A stretch of DNA of 64,000 nt from Candidatus Poribacteria bacterium (GCA_965220385.1 OZ244825.1:42429-106428), one strand, 5' to 3'. Counted from the stretch's first letter, positions 28,441 to 39,659 are shown. Numbers and translations: made by a program. The notes: generated from the letters alone by a model not told the origin.

Positions 28441-30573
28441 ATGATGAAAAAGCGTTGGATAATAAGCACAACACTAGTTTTCGTTCTACTCTGCTTATGG
28501 GCAAACTGGGTGTTAGGACAGACTTTTCCTGAAGAACCAGCAATGCAACTTGGTAAGGGAACAATTACTGACATTGCCTACTCACCCGACGGCAAACTCT
28601 TGGCAGTTTCAAGCAGTCTTGGTGTCTGGCTATATGAAACTACGAACTTAACAGAAATTGGGCTACTGAGGGGACATAAATCCTTGGTTTATGGAATCAC
28701 TTTTAGTCCGGATGGAAAAACCCTCGCTTCATTGGGTATCAGCGATATTTTTCTATGGGATATCGAAAAGCGAAAGCAGAAAGTACACATAGAGGGAGAA
28801 TTCACTGTTGCCTTTAGTGTCGATGGAAAGTTATTGGCTTCAGGCAGCAGCATCTTGGGAAAAACGGAGAAAATTTTTCTGTGGGACGTGCAAACTGGCG
28901 ACCAGGTCGGTGTGTTGAAGGGACATACGGATAGAGTGCACTCAGTAGCTTTTAGCCCGGACGGTAAAACCCTTGCCTCCGGCAGTGAGGATAAAACGGT
29001 GCGGTTGTGGGATTTACAGACCCAAAGACAGATTGGTGTATTGAACCAACACGCAGACTGGGTGTATTTTGTCACCTTCAGTCCCAACGCAAATTTACTT
29101 GCCTCAATAGATAACCGAGACCGGGCAGTACACCTGTGGGATGTTCAACGGCGAGAGTTGGTAAGCAAATTACCAAACCAAGGTTCAAGGACAAAAATAG
29201 CGTTCAGTCCCGATGGAAAACTGGTTGCGCTGGAAGGCGAGTTGGACGCCATCAGTCTCTGGGATGTGCAGAGACAAGGGCAAGTGGCCACAATACCATT
29301 AGGTGAAGATCACGGTTCTTTGCGAAAACTAATTTTCAATCCAGATGGCAAAACTTTTGCTTCGTGGGGACAAGACCGGATCGTTCGGATTTGGGACGTG
29401 GACACACATAAGCAGGTGGGGCTCATAGATGGATACACAGCGGGAATCGACCATGTATTTCTTAACCCGGAAGGAACGAGGGTGTTTGCAGAAAATCAGG
29501 TTTGGGATGTGGGAATCCAAAAGCCCATCGGATCGGTTCCGGGAGTCGTAAAAGCGCTAAGCCCGGATGGAAGTCTGCTCGTCTTGAATATCCTCCGGGT
29601 CTGGGATGTACAAGCACAGAGAGAAACAGTAGACTTTAGGAGCGATAGTAAAGCCGCGGTTTTTAGTCCTGACTCCAAACTCCTCGCTGCCGGAGGCGAT
29701 AATAAAATTGTTCTAATCTGGGATGTCGAGCAAAAAAAATTGGTCGCGAGGTTAAGAGGGCATACACAGACCGTACGGGCACTCGCCTTCAGTCCTGACG
29801 GCACACTTCTGGCCTCAGGGGCGGGCGACGCGATTCGTCTATGGAATATCCCAGATCAGAAACAAGTCGCTGCACTGGAGAAGGAAGGCGGTGCGGTAGC
29901 CTTCAGTCCCGACGGGACACTCCTTGCCTCGGTTAGAAGGGATGAGATCAATTTATGGGATGTACACACCAAGGAGCAGGTAGGAACATTGAGATTTCCT
30001 ATTTCATCCCCTCTGAACACTTGTATCGCTTTCAGTCCAGATGGTAATTGGCTCGCTGCTGCAGGGGATGGAGTTCAACTTTGGAGCGTAGCGAAGCAGG
30101 AAAAAGTAGCGACGTTAGGGGGCCATACGGGATGGATTCGTTCCGTTTCCTTCAGCCAAAACGGGAAATGGCTGGCTTCGGGGAGTCGAGACGGTACGGT
30201 GCTACTCTGGGAAGTTAATCTGCCTGGTGCACTCTCTGTCGAACCTTCGGGGAAACGGATTATTGCTTTGGGTGGGTTGAAGCGGGCAATGCTATACCAA
30301 AACTTCCCCAACCCCCTCAACCCTGAAACGTGGATTCCCTACCAACTGACGGAGACTGCTCATGTGCAGATTCGTATTTACGATGTCGCTGGACATCTGG
30401 TGCGGGAGTTGGATCTGGGTACAAAATTTGCGGATAGTTATCTATCACGGGAGCAGGCAGCGTACTGGGATGGACGGAATGATATGGGAGAGTCTGTGAG
30501 TAGTGGAGTGTATTTCTACACACTGGAGGCGGGAGATTATCGAAGAACACGCCGGATGATTGTTGTGCGATGA
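28441..30573 (+). CDS. Secreted WD40-repeat protein with FlgD/T9SS-A-like tail
   Basis: GH...VAFSPDGKTLASGSEDKTVRLWD repeats; QNFPNPLNPETWIPYQL tail. Confidence 0.9.
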   Translation: MMKKRWIISTTLVFVLLCLWANWVLGQTFPEEPAMQLGKGTITDIAYSPDGKLLAVSSSLGVWLYETTNLTEIGLLRGHKSLVYGITFSPDGKTLASLGISDIFLWDIEKRKQKVHIEGEFTVAFSVDGKLLASGSSILGKTEKIFLWDVQTGDQVGVLKGHTDRVHSVAFSPDGKTLASGSEDKTVRLWDLQTQRQIGVLNQHADWVYFVTFSPNANLLASIDNRDRAVHLWDVQRRELVSKLPNQGSRTKIAFSPDGKLVALEGELDAISLWDVQRQGQVATIPLGEDHGSLRKLIFNPDGKTFASWGQDRIVRIWDVDTHKQVGLIDGYTAGIDHVFLNPEGTRVFAENQVWDVGIQKPIGSVPGVVKALSPDGSLLVLNILRVWDVQAQRETVDFRSDSKAAVFSPDSKLLAAGGDNKIVLIWDVEQKKLVARLRGHTQTVRALAFSPDGTLLASGAGDAIRLWNIPDQKQVAALEKEGGAVAFSPDGTLLASVRRDEINLWDVHTKEQVGTLRFPISSPLNTCIAFSPDGNWLAAAGDGVQLWSVAKQEKVATLGGHTGWIRSVSFSQNGKWLASGSRDGTVLLWEVNLPGALSVEPSGKRIIALGGLKRAMLYQNFPNPLNPETWIPYQLTETAHVQIRIYDVAGHLVRELDLGTKFADSYLSREQAAYWDGRNDMGESVSSGVYFYTLEAGDYRRTRRMIVVR

Positions 30574-30638
30574 AAGTATTTTCCAAATTGTCATTTCCAA
30601 ACGTATTGAATACTAGTATAATAGAAGGAGGGCACATC

Positions 30639-31151
30639 ATGTTCCAACAACTTTGGAAACTGGCCTTTTTGACCTATGTATTTGTAGGTTGTACGATGTT
30701 CAGCAATTCACAGCCCACCGGCGACTATGTCCCGATTAATGGGTTAATCTGTAGTTCCCCGGAGATGGTGGACGGGGACCTGAAAACCAGCGACCTCGTT
30801 TATATTGGAGGGGATATGAGCGTCGGAAAAAGCAATAAAGGAATCAGCGCAATGCAATTGAATTCGCCGGTAGCACATCTGGTCGCGCCAACGACTGTCC
30901 AATTGCCCAAGCGGTCCGAAGTGGGGATGGTTGTCTTTTACGCAGAAGATTTGGTGGACTTCGTTGTTTTGGCAAAGGTTGGTGAGGAGTGGAAGGAATT
31001 ACAGCGATTCCGAAACAACCGCCGGAGACGTATCGTAGTGACTACATCGGTTGTAACCGACGTGATACGTGTCATTGCGATTAGAGGACATATCGGTTCC
31101 AAAAACCCACGCCCAAGCATCCAAGAAATTCAGATCTATACAAAGCCCTGA
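30639..31151 (+). CDS. Hypothetical lipoprotein (possible galactose-binding/discoidin-like fold)
   Basis: GGAGG RBS; lipobox VFVGC; ends IQEIQIY, reminiscent of jelly-roll domains. Confidence 0.6.
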   Translation: MFQQLWKLAFLTYVFVGCTMFSNSQPTGDYVPINGLICSSPEMVDGDLKTSDLVYIGGDMSVGKSNKGISAMQLNSPVAHLVAPTTVQLPKRSEVGMVVFYAEDLVDFVVLAKVGEEWKELQRFRNNRRRRIVVTTSVVTDVIRVIAIRGHIGSKNPRPSIQEIQIYTKP

Positions 31152-31492
31152 ATCCCTTTGAGAATTGTTCACTAACACTCAATTCCCGCTGAATTACTGC
31201 TTTTCAAACAACAATCTGGAAATTAACGGGTATCATTGAGAGCGGATTGGTATATTTTTATTTAGTAACTGTTACCTTCACTTCAATTTGCACGTTGAAA
31301 TAGTTGGGACTTCTTTTATAAAACCTGTGTGATTTAAGCCGCATGTGTAATCCAAGCAGCATGAATGAGAATTTGTTCAAGCACATATAGAGCCATCTTA
31401 AACGGGATGGTACATCGAACGTCCTAATATGATACTACTTTGGATTCAGGCAGGAACGCTGGCAGGATAATTGCAACCGTAGGAGGTATCAG

Positions 31493-32110
31493 ATGAAATT
31501 GTTACCCCGACTTCTTACCTTGATCTCCCTGTTTACTCTATTTTTGGGTGCGCCGGTCTACGCGGACACTGTTAAGATCGATAAGGAAGTCCCCAATTTC
31601 ACGCTCAAAGATGCAACGGACAAAAAGCATTCGCTCAAGGACCTGAGCCGCGACAAAAAAGCGACTGTTATAATGTTCATTTCGACCGAATGTCCTGTTT
31701 CTAATGACTACAACGAACGAATTGTTGCACTACATAACGACTACAAGGAGCAGGGCGTGCAGTTCATCGGGATCAACTCCAACAAGAATGAGTCCGTCAA
31801 AGAGATGGCTGAACATAACAAGACAAACAAATTCGATTTTTTGGTCCTGAAAGATCTAAAGAATGAGATTGCGGATAAATTTAGGGCGAGGCGTACACCT
31901 GAGGTCTACCTCTTGGACGAAGAACGGATACTTCGGTATCGCGGTGCTATTGATAATAGCCATCAGAATCCCGAAACGCACTATTTGCGCCAAGTACTGG
32001 ATCTCGTAGTTGATGGGAAAGAAATTCCCAAAGACCTCAAAACGACAAAGGCGTTCGGTTGCACTATCAAGCGGGTTAGGAGAGAACAGCGTCGGGATCG
32101 TACGCCGTAA
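31493..32110 (+). CDS. Secreted thioredoxin-fold (AhpC/TSA redoxin) protein
   Basis: Signal peptide; PNFTLKD, ECPVS, FIGINSN, RTPEVYL, YRGAID, GCTIK. Confidence 0.88.
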   Translation: MKLLPRLLTLISLFTLFLGAPVYADTVKIDKEVPNFTLKDATDKKHSLKDLSRDKKATVIMFISTECPVSNDYNERIVALHNDYKEQGVQFIGINSNKNESVKEMAEHNKTNKFDFLVLKDLKNEIADKFRARRTPEVYLLDEERILRYRGAIDNSHQNPETHYLRQVLDLVVDGKEIPKDLKTTKAFGCTIKRVRREQRRDRTP

Positions 32111-32173
32111 GCACTAATCTCTGAACTTTTCAGAGAAATCGATAAAATTAAGATATGGACTGAGGCAAATTAG

Positions 32174-34627
32174 ATGATTAAGAAAATTCTTCGAAGTATG
32201 CTCGCACTGTTTCTCATTGGTGTTATCTGTATGATGATGCTGGTCTTTGTTGGTGTTGGATTTGTTGGGGGTGTTGTCATCAAATCATGGGATTCCATTG
32301 ATCATATTGACTTGGGCCAACTGGAATACCGTGAGGCTGACACGTGGAAACAACACCTCGAAGTCTATTCCTCTCTTTGTACAGTCCAAGCGGGAGATTC
32401 CGTTGATTTCCTGATGGATAAATTGAAACGGTTGGAGTATCGAGAAAGTGAAGAGTTCATCAAACCGAGCATCGTCGGACAATATTCAATTGGGCGTGAT
32501 GAACAGGGGCAACCCGAACGGTTATGGATTTATCTCCAAGGCTTCCATTTTCCACGTGAAGATCGAGAACCGTATCAGGTCGAACTTTCTGTGGTTAATG
32601 GAAAAATTGAGACAATCCAAAATGATGATGGCGAAAAAATAGAGAGTTTTGACCTTCGGCCAGAGCTGCTCAACGCGCTTTATGATAGAAAAGGCGAAGC
32701 CGAAGCGCGCGAGATTGTGAAGCTTGTGCAGATGCCGGACAGCCTGCTTCAAGCATTCCTCGCAGTTGAAGATCAGCGATTCTATCGCCACTGGGGTGTC
32801 GACTTCTTTGGGATTCTCCGCGCGTCCATTCATAATACTCAGTTGTTTTTGGGACAGGTAGAGGGAACGCTTCAGGGGGCAAGCACCGTTACCCAGCAGC
32901 TTACGCGGAACATTTATCTGACCCGTGAGAGACGGCTCCTGCGAAAGGTGAAGGAGGCGCTGCTCGCTGTCCGTATTGAACGTCAATTTTCTAAGGACGA
33001 AATCCTCGAAAGATATCTGAACCTCATTAACTTGGGACGATACGGTTCGCAGGAGGTGCTCGGCGTCCAAGAGGCAGCCCAAAACTATTTTGGAAAGAAT
33101 GTGTGGGAATTAGAAATTCACGAGTGTGCCACACTGGCAGGTATTCCGAAATCACCGACGCGCTATTCGCCGATACGCCATCCCGATCGTTCAAAAGAAC
33201 GACGTGATTTAGTACTCGGATTGATGCTAAAAGCGGATTTCATTAATGTAGAAGAATATGAAGCAAATATAGCGAAACCTATTGTCATTGAGGTGCCCAA
33301 AACTGCCCAGGGCAAAGGTGGTTCGCATTTCTTGGAATATATTCATGAACAACTGATAGAAACGCCTGAGTTAGAAGGACATTTGTACAACCAAGGGCTA
33401 AGGGTGTACACAACAATCGATCTGTCCATGCAAGAGATTGCGGAAAGGTCCGTTGCTGAGCACTTACGGGAATTGGATACAAAGTTGAGAGCTAGCTATC
33501 GGAAATACAGAAGTCTGCCCGATTACGACGAAAACAAAAACAATCCAAACGGCATTAACCCGATTACCAATTACTTGCAAGCAGGGTTGATCGCACTGGA
33601 ACCACAAACGGGACACATCAAGGCGATGGTTGGAGGACGGGATTTTTATATCACGCAGCAGAAAATTAACTTTTTTAATCGATCTGTCCATGCGTATCGC
33701 CAACCCGGCTCGTCCTTCAAGCCAATCGTATTTGCAGCGCTCTTGGATCTTCCGCCTTTGATAACACCTGCAACAATTATCCGTGATGAAGCGTGGTCTA
33801 TCGACGTTGGCACAAGGAGAAGATGGAGGCCGCGGAATTACGGACGGCGCTACTACGGAGACATTACAGCGCGGACGGTGCTGGAGAGATCTATCAACAT
33901 TGCGACGGCAAGGATGATGTGGGAGACACCGATAGAGGACGAAAAACCTGCCGGACTGAATCGAACGCTCGCGATCGCCAAACGTCTGGGTATCGACGCC
34001 AATTTGCCCGCAGTTCCATCGGTCGCATTAGGCGCAGGTGGGTTGCCGCTACTCCAAATGACCGGTGCTTACTCTGTTTTTGCTAATGGTGGGGTACGTA
34101 GGAAGCCAATAGGCATTCATTATGTTGAAGATCAGTATGGGGACATCTTGATTGAAAATCAATCGCTACCGCAACAGGTGCTTGACGAAGGGGTCGCTTA
34201 TATCATGACACATCTCCTAAAAGGCGTGATTGATGGTCCCAACGGCACCGGTAGGCGAGCACGTGTAATGGGATTAGAACGCCCCGCAGCCGGGAAAACG
34301 GGCACAACAGACAATTATACAGACGCGTGGTTTGTTGGCTACATTCAGAATCTTGCTGCTGGAGTTTGGGTTGGATTTAACGACCCAAAGCAGAAGACAA
34401 CGTTCCCCGGATCTCGGGGTGCTCTACCTATTTGGGCTCGGTTTATGGTTGAGGCAGCCCGCGGTCCCACCAAAGATTTTGAGAAACCAGCCAACGTTGT
34501 ATTTCGATCAGTTGATAGAAATACCGGGCTGCTGAAATATGAAGGAAAATGTCCGGAGGAGGATGTTATTAAGGAAGCATTTCTCGCTGGATATGAACCG
34601 AAGCTGCTGTGTAATGCACATCAGTAA
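32174..34627 (+). CDS. Class A penicillin-binding protein (PBP1B-like, with UB2H-like domain)
   Basis: TM anchor; GT51 motifs EDQRFYRHWGVD and GASTVTQQL; transpeptidase SSFK, SIN, KTG. Confidence 0.92.
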   Translation: MIKKILRSMLALFLIGVICMMMLVFVGVGFVGGVVIKSWDSIDHIDLGQLEYREADTWKQHLEVYSSLCTVQAGDSVDFLMDKLKRLEYRESEEFIKPSIVGQYSIGRDEQGQPERLWIYLQGFHFPREDREPYQVELSVVNGKIETIQNDDGEKIESFDLRPELLNALYDRKGEAEAREIVKLVQMPDSLLQAFLAVEDQRFYRHWGVDFFGILRASIHNTQLFLGQVEGTLQGASTVTQQLTRNIYLTRERRLLRKVKEALLAVRIERQFSKDEILERYLNLINLGRYGSQEVLGVQEAAQNYFGKNVWELEIHECATLAGIPKSPTRYSPIRHPDRSKERRDLVLGLMLKADFINVEEYEANIAKPIVIEVPKTAQGKGGSHFLEYIHEQLIETPELEGHLYNQGLRVYTTIDLSMQEIAERSVAEHLRELDTKLRASYRKYRSLPDYDENKNNPNGINPITNYLQAGLIALEPQTGHIKAMVGGRDFYITQQKINFFNRSVHAYRQPGSSFKPIVFAALLDLPPLITPATIIRDEAWSIDVGTRRRWRPRNYGRRYYGDITARTVLERSINIATARMMWETPIEDEKPAGLNRTLAIAKRLGIDANLPAVPSVALGAGGLPLLQMTGAYSVFANGGVRRKPIGIHYVEDQYGDILIENQSLPQQVLDEGVAYIMTHLLKGVIDGPNGTGRRARVMGLERPAAGKTGTTDNYTDAWFVGYIQNLAAGVWVGFNDPKQKTTFPGSRGALPIWARFMVEAARGPTKDFEKPANVVFRSVDRNTGLLKYEGKCPEEDVIKEAFLAGYEPKLLCNAHQ

Positions 34628-34743
34628 AGCGTGAAGCCTAAACATGAAGTGTGAAGAAAGAGATGGACATGGGGTTTTATGGAGAAATAACACCCGTTAG
34701 TCCCTACGATCGTGCTTGGTGCTGCTTATAGGAAGCAATAAAT

Positions 34744-36723
34744 ATGGAAAAGTTTGAGTTGATTTCGGACTATACGCCGCAAGGAGATCAGCCGGAAGCC
34801 ATTCAGATGCTTACGGACGGTTTTCTGCGAAACGAGAACGACCTTCAAACGTTGTTGGGTGTTACGGGTTCGGGAAAAACCTTCACGATGGCGCACGTCG
34901 TCGCAAATTTGCAGCGTCCTACGCTAGTCATTTCGCACAATAAAACCCTCGCCGCACAATTATATAGTGAGTTCCGGGATTTTTTCCCTAACAACGCTGT
35001 CCACTATTTTGTCAGCTACTACGATTACTATCAACCTGAAGCATATCTGCCGACTACAGACACCTACATTGAAAAAGATATACAGATTAACGAGGAAATC
35101 GACCGACTACGTCTCGCCTCAACGACCTCCCTGCTCACACAACGTGACGCTATCATCGTCGCGAGTGTTTCCTGCATCTACGGTCTCGGATCGCCTGAGG
35201 AGTACGATAGCCAACGAGTTGAGGTGAACCGTGGGGATATCATCAAAAGGAACGAGCTTCTACGCGCGTTTGTGGATATCCGATATGAGCGGAACGACAT
35301 CGATTTTTCGCGTGGGAGTTTCCGCGCACGTGGCGACGTAATCGAGGTTTTTCCCGCGTATGCAGATACTGCCCACCGGATTGAACTTTTCGGCGACGAA
35401 GTCGAGCGGATTACTGAGATTGATACACTGACAGGCGAGATTCTGGCGGAACATGAGACGATCACGCTCTTCCCTGCAAGGCACTTCATGACAGATGCGG
35501 AGCGGCTTGAACAGGCACTGTTGGACATTGAAACAGAGCTGCAGGATCAGATTGACTACTTCATTGCCAACAACAAATTGTTAGAAGCCCAAAGGATTGA
35601 ACAGCGGACCCGGTTCGATCTTGAAATGATGCGGGAAGTTGGCTACTGTCAGGGCATCGAAAACTATTCTCGCCATTTCTCAGGGCTAGCCCCCGGCGAA
35701 CCACCTCACTGTCTACTCAACTATTTTCCTGACGACTATCTCATAATTGTTGACGAATCTCATGTAACCTTGCCCCAAATTCGTGGGATGTATCGAGGGG
35801 ACCGCGCTCGCAAGCAGACATTGGTGGACTACGGTTTCCGCCTGCCATCGGCTTTGGATAATCGTCCGCTCCAGTTTGAAGAGTTTGAATCGTATCTTCA
35901 AGGAGCGGTGTTTGTTTCCGCGACGCCGGGACCTTACGAACTGGATCGCAGCACACAGGTAGTAGAACAGATTATCCGTCCTACCGGCTTAATTGATCCA
36001 AAGATCTCTGTCTACCCGGTCGATGGTCAGATCGATCATCTGATCGGTGTTATCAATGAGCGTGTTGCGCAAAGACAGCGTGTCCTTGTTACAACCCTCA
36101 CCAAACGCATGGCTGAAGATTTGACCGATTATTTTACTGAGGCGGGTATCAAAGCCGAATATCTCCATTCGGATATCGATACCTTAGATCGAGCGCGAAT
36201 CTTAAAAGAGCTCCGTCAGGGGAGTTTTGATGTCTTGGTGGGGATTAACCTGCTCCGTGAAGGTTTAGATTTGCCAGAGGTGTCCCTGGTTGCCATTCTT
36301 GATGCGGACCGGGCAGGTTTTCTCCGATCCGAAACCTCGTTAATCCAGACCGCAGGGCGCGCTGCTCGAAATCTTGATGGCGAAGTTATTTTGTATGCCG
36401 ATGCGATTACTGATGCGATCCAGAGTGCGACCGACGAAACGGAGCGACGCCGCAAAATCCAGATGGCTTATAACGAAGAAAACGGCATCACGCCAGCGAC
36501 GATTGACAAGGAAATTCGCGATCTTATCAGCGCGCTTGTCGACGATGATGAGAAAGCGGAGGATCCGCTGGCGATGGAAATCTCCGAAGCAACGTCCGAG
36601 GAAGAAGTCCATGCCTTGATTGCTGATCTTACAAAGCAGATGCAAGAAGCAGCAGCGAATCTGGAGTTTGAAAAAGCGGCTACTTTGCGAGATGGGATTG
36701 AGGAACTGAAACGGGAACTTTGA
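34744..36723 (+). CDS. uvrB: Excinuclease ABC subunit B
   Basis: [39 protein letters not shown]-terminal UVR domain. Confidence 0.99.
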   Translation: MEKFELISDYTPQGDQPEAIQMLTDGFLRNENDLQTLLGVTGSGKTFTMAHVVANLQRPTLVISHNKTLAAQLYSEFRDFFPNNAVHYFVSYYDYYQPEAYLPTTDTYIEKDIQINEEIDRLRLASTTSLLTQRDAIIVASVSCIYGLGSPEEYDSQRVEVNRGDIIKRNELLRAFVDIRYERNDIDFSRGSFRARGDVIEVFPAYADTAHRIELFGDEVERITEIDTLTGEILAEHETITLFPARHFMTDAERLEQALLDIETELQDQIDYFIANNKLLEAQRIEQRTRFDLEMMREVGYCQGIENYSRHFSGLAPGEPPHCLLNYFPDDYLIIVDESHVTLPQIRGMYRGDRARKQTLVDYGFRLPSALDNRPLQFEEFESYLQGAVFVSATPGPYELDRSTQVVEQIIRPTGLIDPKISVYPVDGQIDHLIGVINERVAQRQRVLVTTLTKRMAEDLTDYFTEAGIKAEYLHSDIDTLDRARILKELRQGSFDVLVGINLLREGLDLPEVSLVAILDADRAGFLRSETSLIQTAGRAARNLDGEVILYADAITDAIQSATDETERRRKIQMAYNEENGITPATIDKEIRDLISALVDDDEKAEDPLAMEISEATSEEEVHALIADLTKQMQEAAANLEFEKAATLRDGIEELKREL

Positions 36724-36870
36724 AGGGTATTTAGGGGCTGTTGAGTAGGTGAAGATATCAGTCGATACTAAATGCTTGATTCCGGTTTGGTTATCTCCAT
36801 GTGCGATCAAAAACTTAACGCACTTCTAAGCGTAAGTACTCAGAAGTACGTCAAGCCTGTGGGAACGACA

Positions 36871-37188
36871 CTATGGCCATTCATCATCGGGGGGCCAGAT
36901 GTTATAACTTCCTCCTCCTGCGCCTTTGGGACCTTCAGCGAACCAGTCCTTTACTGTATCCCGCCATTTTATGAAGTGAGGGGCTTGTAGATGGGCTTGG
37001 AAAGCTGCCTCGTCTACATAAATCTCGTAGAGCCAGATCCGGTTGGGATCGTCACCGTCCTGAATTACATCAAATCTTAGACAGCCGGGCTCATCCTTCA
37101 CGGAGCCTTTCGCGTCGTCGAGCATAGCCTCGATAAATGCCTCCCTATGCCCTTCCTTAATCTGGATTGGTGCGACAATGACGTACAT
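36871..37188 (-). CDS. Antibiotic biosynthesis monooxygenase (ABM/LsrG-like)
   Basis: EPGCLRFDV, LYEIYVDEAAFQAHLQAPHF. Confidence 0.88.
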   Translation of the reverse strand: MYVIVAPIQIKEGHREAFIEAMLDDAKGSVKDEPGCLRFDVIQDGDDPNRIWLYEIYVDEAAFQAHLQAPHFIKWRDTVKDWFAEGPKGAGGGSYNIWPPDDEWP

Positions 37189-37218
37189 ATTTTCTTCTCC
37201 TTGTATGGCTAAACCATT

Positions 37219-38130
37219 TTAATTTGCATAACCATCACGATTATCTTGGCGCCAATCTGGCAGGTATCCCCCGCCTACCCCAAATCCGTAGGATGGTCCA
37301 ATTTGGTTTTCGGTTCTCCAGGGCCAGCCCTGTCCGCCGATTACCCGAAATTCATCACCTTTTCCGCATAGCCAAAAAAACATATGAGCAACGTATCTGG
37401 CAACACGATGACCGCCGTAATAGGCTCGATGAAAATCAAATTCCGGTTCCATAATCCAATCTCTCTCTGGCGACGCTGTACGCCAGTAGTTGTATTTCAG
37501 CATGTGGCGCAGCCCTTTCCCACTGGATTCTCCTCTGCGATGTAGGATGCTCTGAGAGTGGAGGGCAAACGATCCAGCAGGACCACCGGTCGGCACCCCT
37601 TCGTGCTCTGCGTCACGTGGAGCGGGTCCAATATGCGTTCCGGGCACAATCTCGGTGGGGCCCATATCCAGCGGTGTGTCTTGTGGAAAATAAAAGACCT
37701 CAATAAAATTAACCTCAGGCCCAAAAATATGATCGGCATCCTGATGCCACCCTTGTGCGGGTGCGGGACATTCGGTACTGTGATCGCTCACCAGCACAGG
37801 TAGTCCCACATTCGTGCCGAGCAGCGACCGCAGCGCACCAGCGAGTTGTCTATTGAGAAGCACATGTTCAATAAACCAATCCTCAAGCAGGATTGTGCTC
37901 GGTTCATGGGACTTGCGAATCCGTTCTAAGTCCGCTTCAGTAAGTCCTTCGGGAACAAAACAGGGGCTGGCCGGTGTTTTCCCTCTCAAATAATCGCATG
38001 CGCGTTGGTTGATTTCATCAGGAACAACGCCTTCCAAGGTGAGAAAACCATCTCGACAAAATTCCAGTACCTGCGTGTCGGTGAGAGTGGGTTCACAGTC
38101 AAAGGTCCAATTTGCTGCATCGTAGTTCAT
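37219..38130 (-). CDS. Phytanoyl-CoA dioxygenase (PhyH) family Fe(II)/2OG oxygenase
   Basis: FCRDGF, WHQD (HxD), GPTEIVPGTH, distal LHRR. Confidence 0.85.
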   Translation of the reverse strand: MNYDAANWTFDCEPTLTDTQVLEFCRDGFLTLEGVVPDEINQRACDYLRGKTPASPCFVPEGLTEADLERIRKSHEPSTILLEDWFIEHVLLNRQLAGALRSLLGTNVGLPVLVSDHSTECPAPAQGWHQDADHIFGPEVNFIEVFYFPQDTPLDMGPTEIVPGTHIGPAPRDAEHEGVPTGGPAGSFALHSQSILHRRGESSGKGLRHMLKYNYWRTASPERDWIMEPEFDFHRAYYGGHRVARYVAHMFFWLCGKGDEFRVIGGQGWPWRTENQIGPSYGFGVGGGYLPDWRQDNRDGYAN

Positions 38131-38406
38131 GGTGAATCACCTCAATCTTTCTGATACAAATCTTCGAGCATTATATCAGGGGTTATCAACAAGAATAACT
38201 GTAGCTGTCACTATAAAGCTATTTTTAGTAACATCTGCTATGATATTTTAACTTTATTTTCGCAAAACTTTGCTTAAACGTCAAGAGAAGAATAGTTTCC
38301 TTCCAACTTTCTAATGACATAGCAGCCTTAAGGTGCTATGCTGTCATGTAACCATTCAAGATCCGTCATCTGAGAGTAAGACGTGCTGCCCTGAAAGGAG
38401 AGCGTT

Positions 38407-39648
38407 ATGAAAGTCACCGAAATCGAAGTGCATCAGATTACCCCTGAATACGAGGATTGGATCGCCTACCAACTGAACCACTACTCAGGTCCCGCGAATC
38501 GCACTGTGTATGTAGTGCATACAGACGACGGACGGGTAGGGCTTGGGGAGGGTGGCAGACCCGAACCACAGGAGGTGATCGATCAGTACATCGGCACCAA
38601 TCCCTTCAAATGGGTTGGAGACGAAACCTCGTTGGCTTTGGGCACAGCTATGTACGATTTAATGGGGCAAGCAGCCGGTGTGCCGGTCTATCAGCTTTTT
38701 GGTCAGAAAACCCGCTCATGGGTGCCGGTCAGCAGTTGGACGGTATCGACGCACCCCCAGCGTATGGCAGAGGCTGTCGAGCGATACGCAGCACAGGGCT
38801 ACACTTGGATGAAATTCCATCTTTCGCCCTTTGAGAATGTTTTTGACCAGACCGATGCTATGGAGGCGGTGGCACCCAAAGGTTTCAGGATCCACTACGA
38901 CTTTACCGGGGGCGGAACGGACGACTACATGCCAGAACTCTTGGGCAAATTAGCGCAGTCTCCCATTGCGGGCTGTTTTGAGGATTGCATTGATGCTGGG
39001 GATACACTGGCTTCAATCGATCTGTGCCGACGGATACCGTTGCCCATCGTGCGCCACCAAGCACCACTGGAAGCTACCTACGAAGTGCTGATGGGCGCTG
39101 GAGATGTGTATATGCGCGGTCACCAGAAAATTGGTGCAGCCATACGCTGCGCTGGACTCTTCGCTGCGGGCAATATCCCCTTCATGCTGCAGAACGTTGG
39201 TAGCACTATCACCCGCGCTATGACGGCGCACATGATGTCGGTTTTTCCTACCGCTACCTTCCACTTTGTTACTACCACGGAGATTTATAAGAGTGATGTT
39301 GTGAAGGAAAGGTTGGATCCAGTCAACGGATTTGTACGAGTACCAGAAGCACCCGGACTGGGACTCACACTGGATCGGGACGCGCTGGAACGGCTAAAGC
39401 ATCTGGAGTTGCCGGCGCAGGCGCCGTGGATTATCAAATCTCGTTTTGCTAACGGTTCAATGATGTATAATCGCTACGATCCAGCCAACACTCGGCACTT
39501 CTTGATAAGACCAGATTGGCGAGGCGGGCTAGTTCCAATGAGTTACGATGCCCCCATTGAGACTGAGTATTGGGACGACGATGGCACTCCGGCGTTTAGG
39601 GAAATGTTTGAGCGGATTGAGCGGGAAGGGATGGTGCTAGAGAGGTAG
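38407..39648 (+). CDS. Mandelate racemase/muconate lactonizing enzyme family (enolase superfamily)
   Basis: GLGEG, AMYDLMGQAAGVPVYQL, KFH, FED, PEAPGLG; paralog of 8373..9662. Confidence 0.85.
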   Translation: MKVTEIEVHQITPEYEDWIAYQLNHYSGPANRTVYVVHTDDGRVGLGEGGRPEPQEVIDQYIGTNPFKWVGDETSLALGTAMYDLMGQAAGVPVYQLFGQKTRSWVPVSSWTVSTHPQRMAEAVERYAAQGYTWMKFHLSPFENVFDQTDAMEAVAPKGFRIHYDFTGGGTDDYMPELLGKLAQSPIAGCFEDCIDAGDTLASIDLCRRIPLPIVRHQAPLEATYEVLMGAGDVYMRGHQKIGAAIRCAGLFAAGNIPFMLQNVGSTITRAMTAHMMSVFPTATFHFVTTTEIYKSDVVKERLDPVNGFVRVPEAPGLGLTLDRDALERLKHLELPAQAPWIIKSRFANGSMMYNRYDPANTRHFLIRPDWRGGLVPMSYDAPIETEYWDDDGTPAFREMFERIEREGMVLER

Positions 39649-39659
39649 GATAATCTTAT

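Noticed and set aside
32174-36723. Functional link between the UB2H (UvrB-domain-2 homologue) PBP and adjacent uvrB
   Set aside because: UB2H is a standard PBP1B domain, so the adjacency is most simply coincidental
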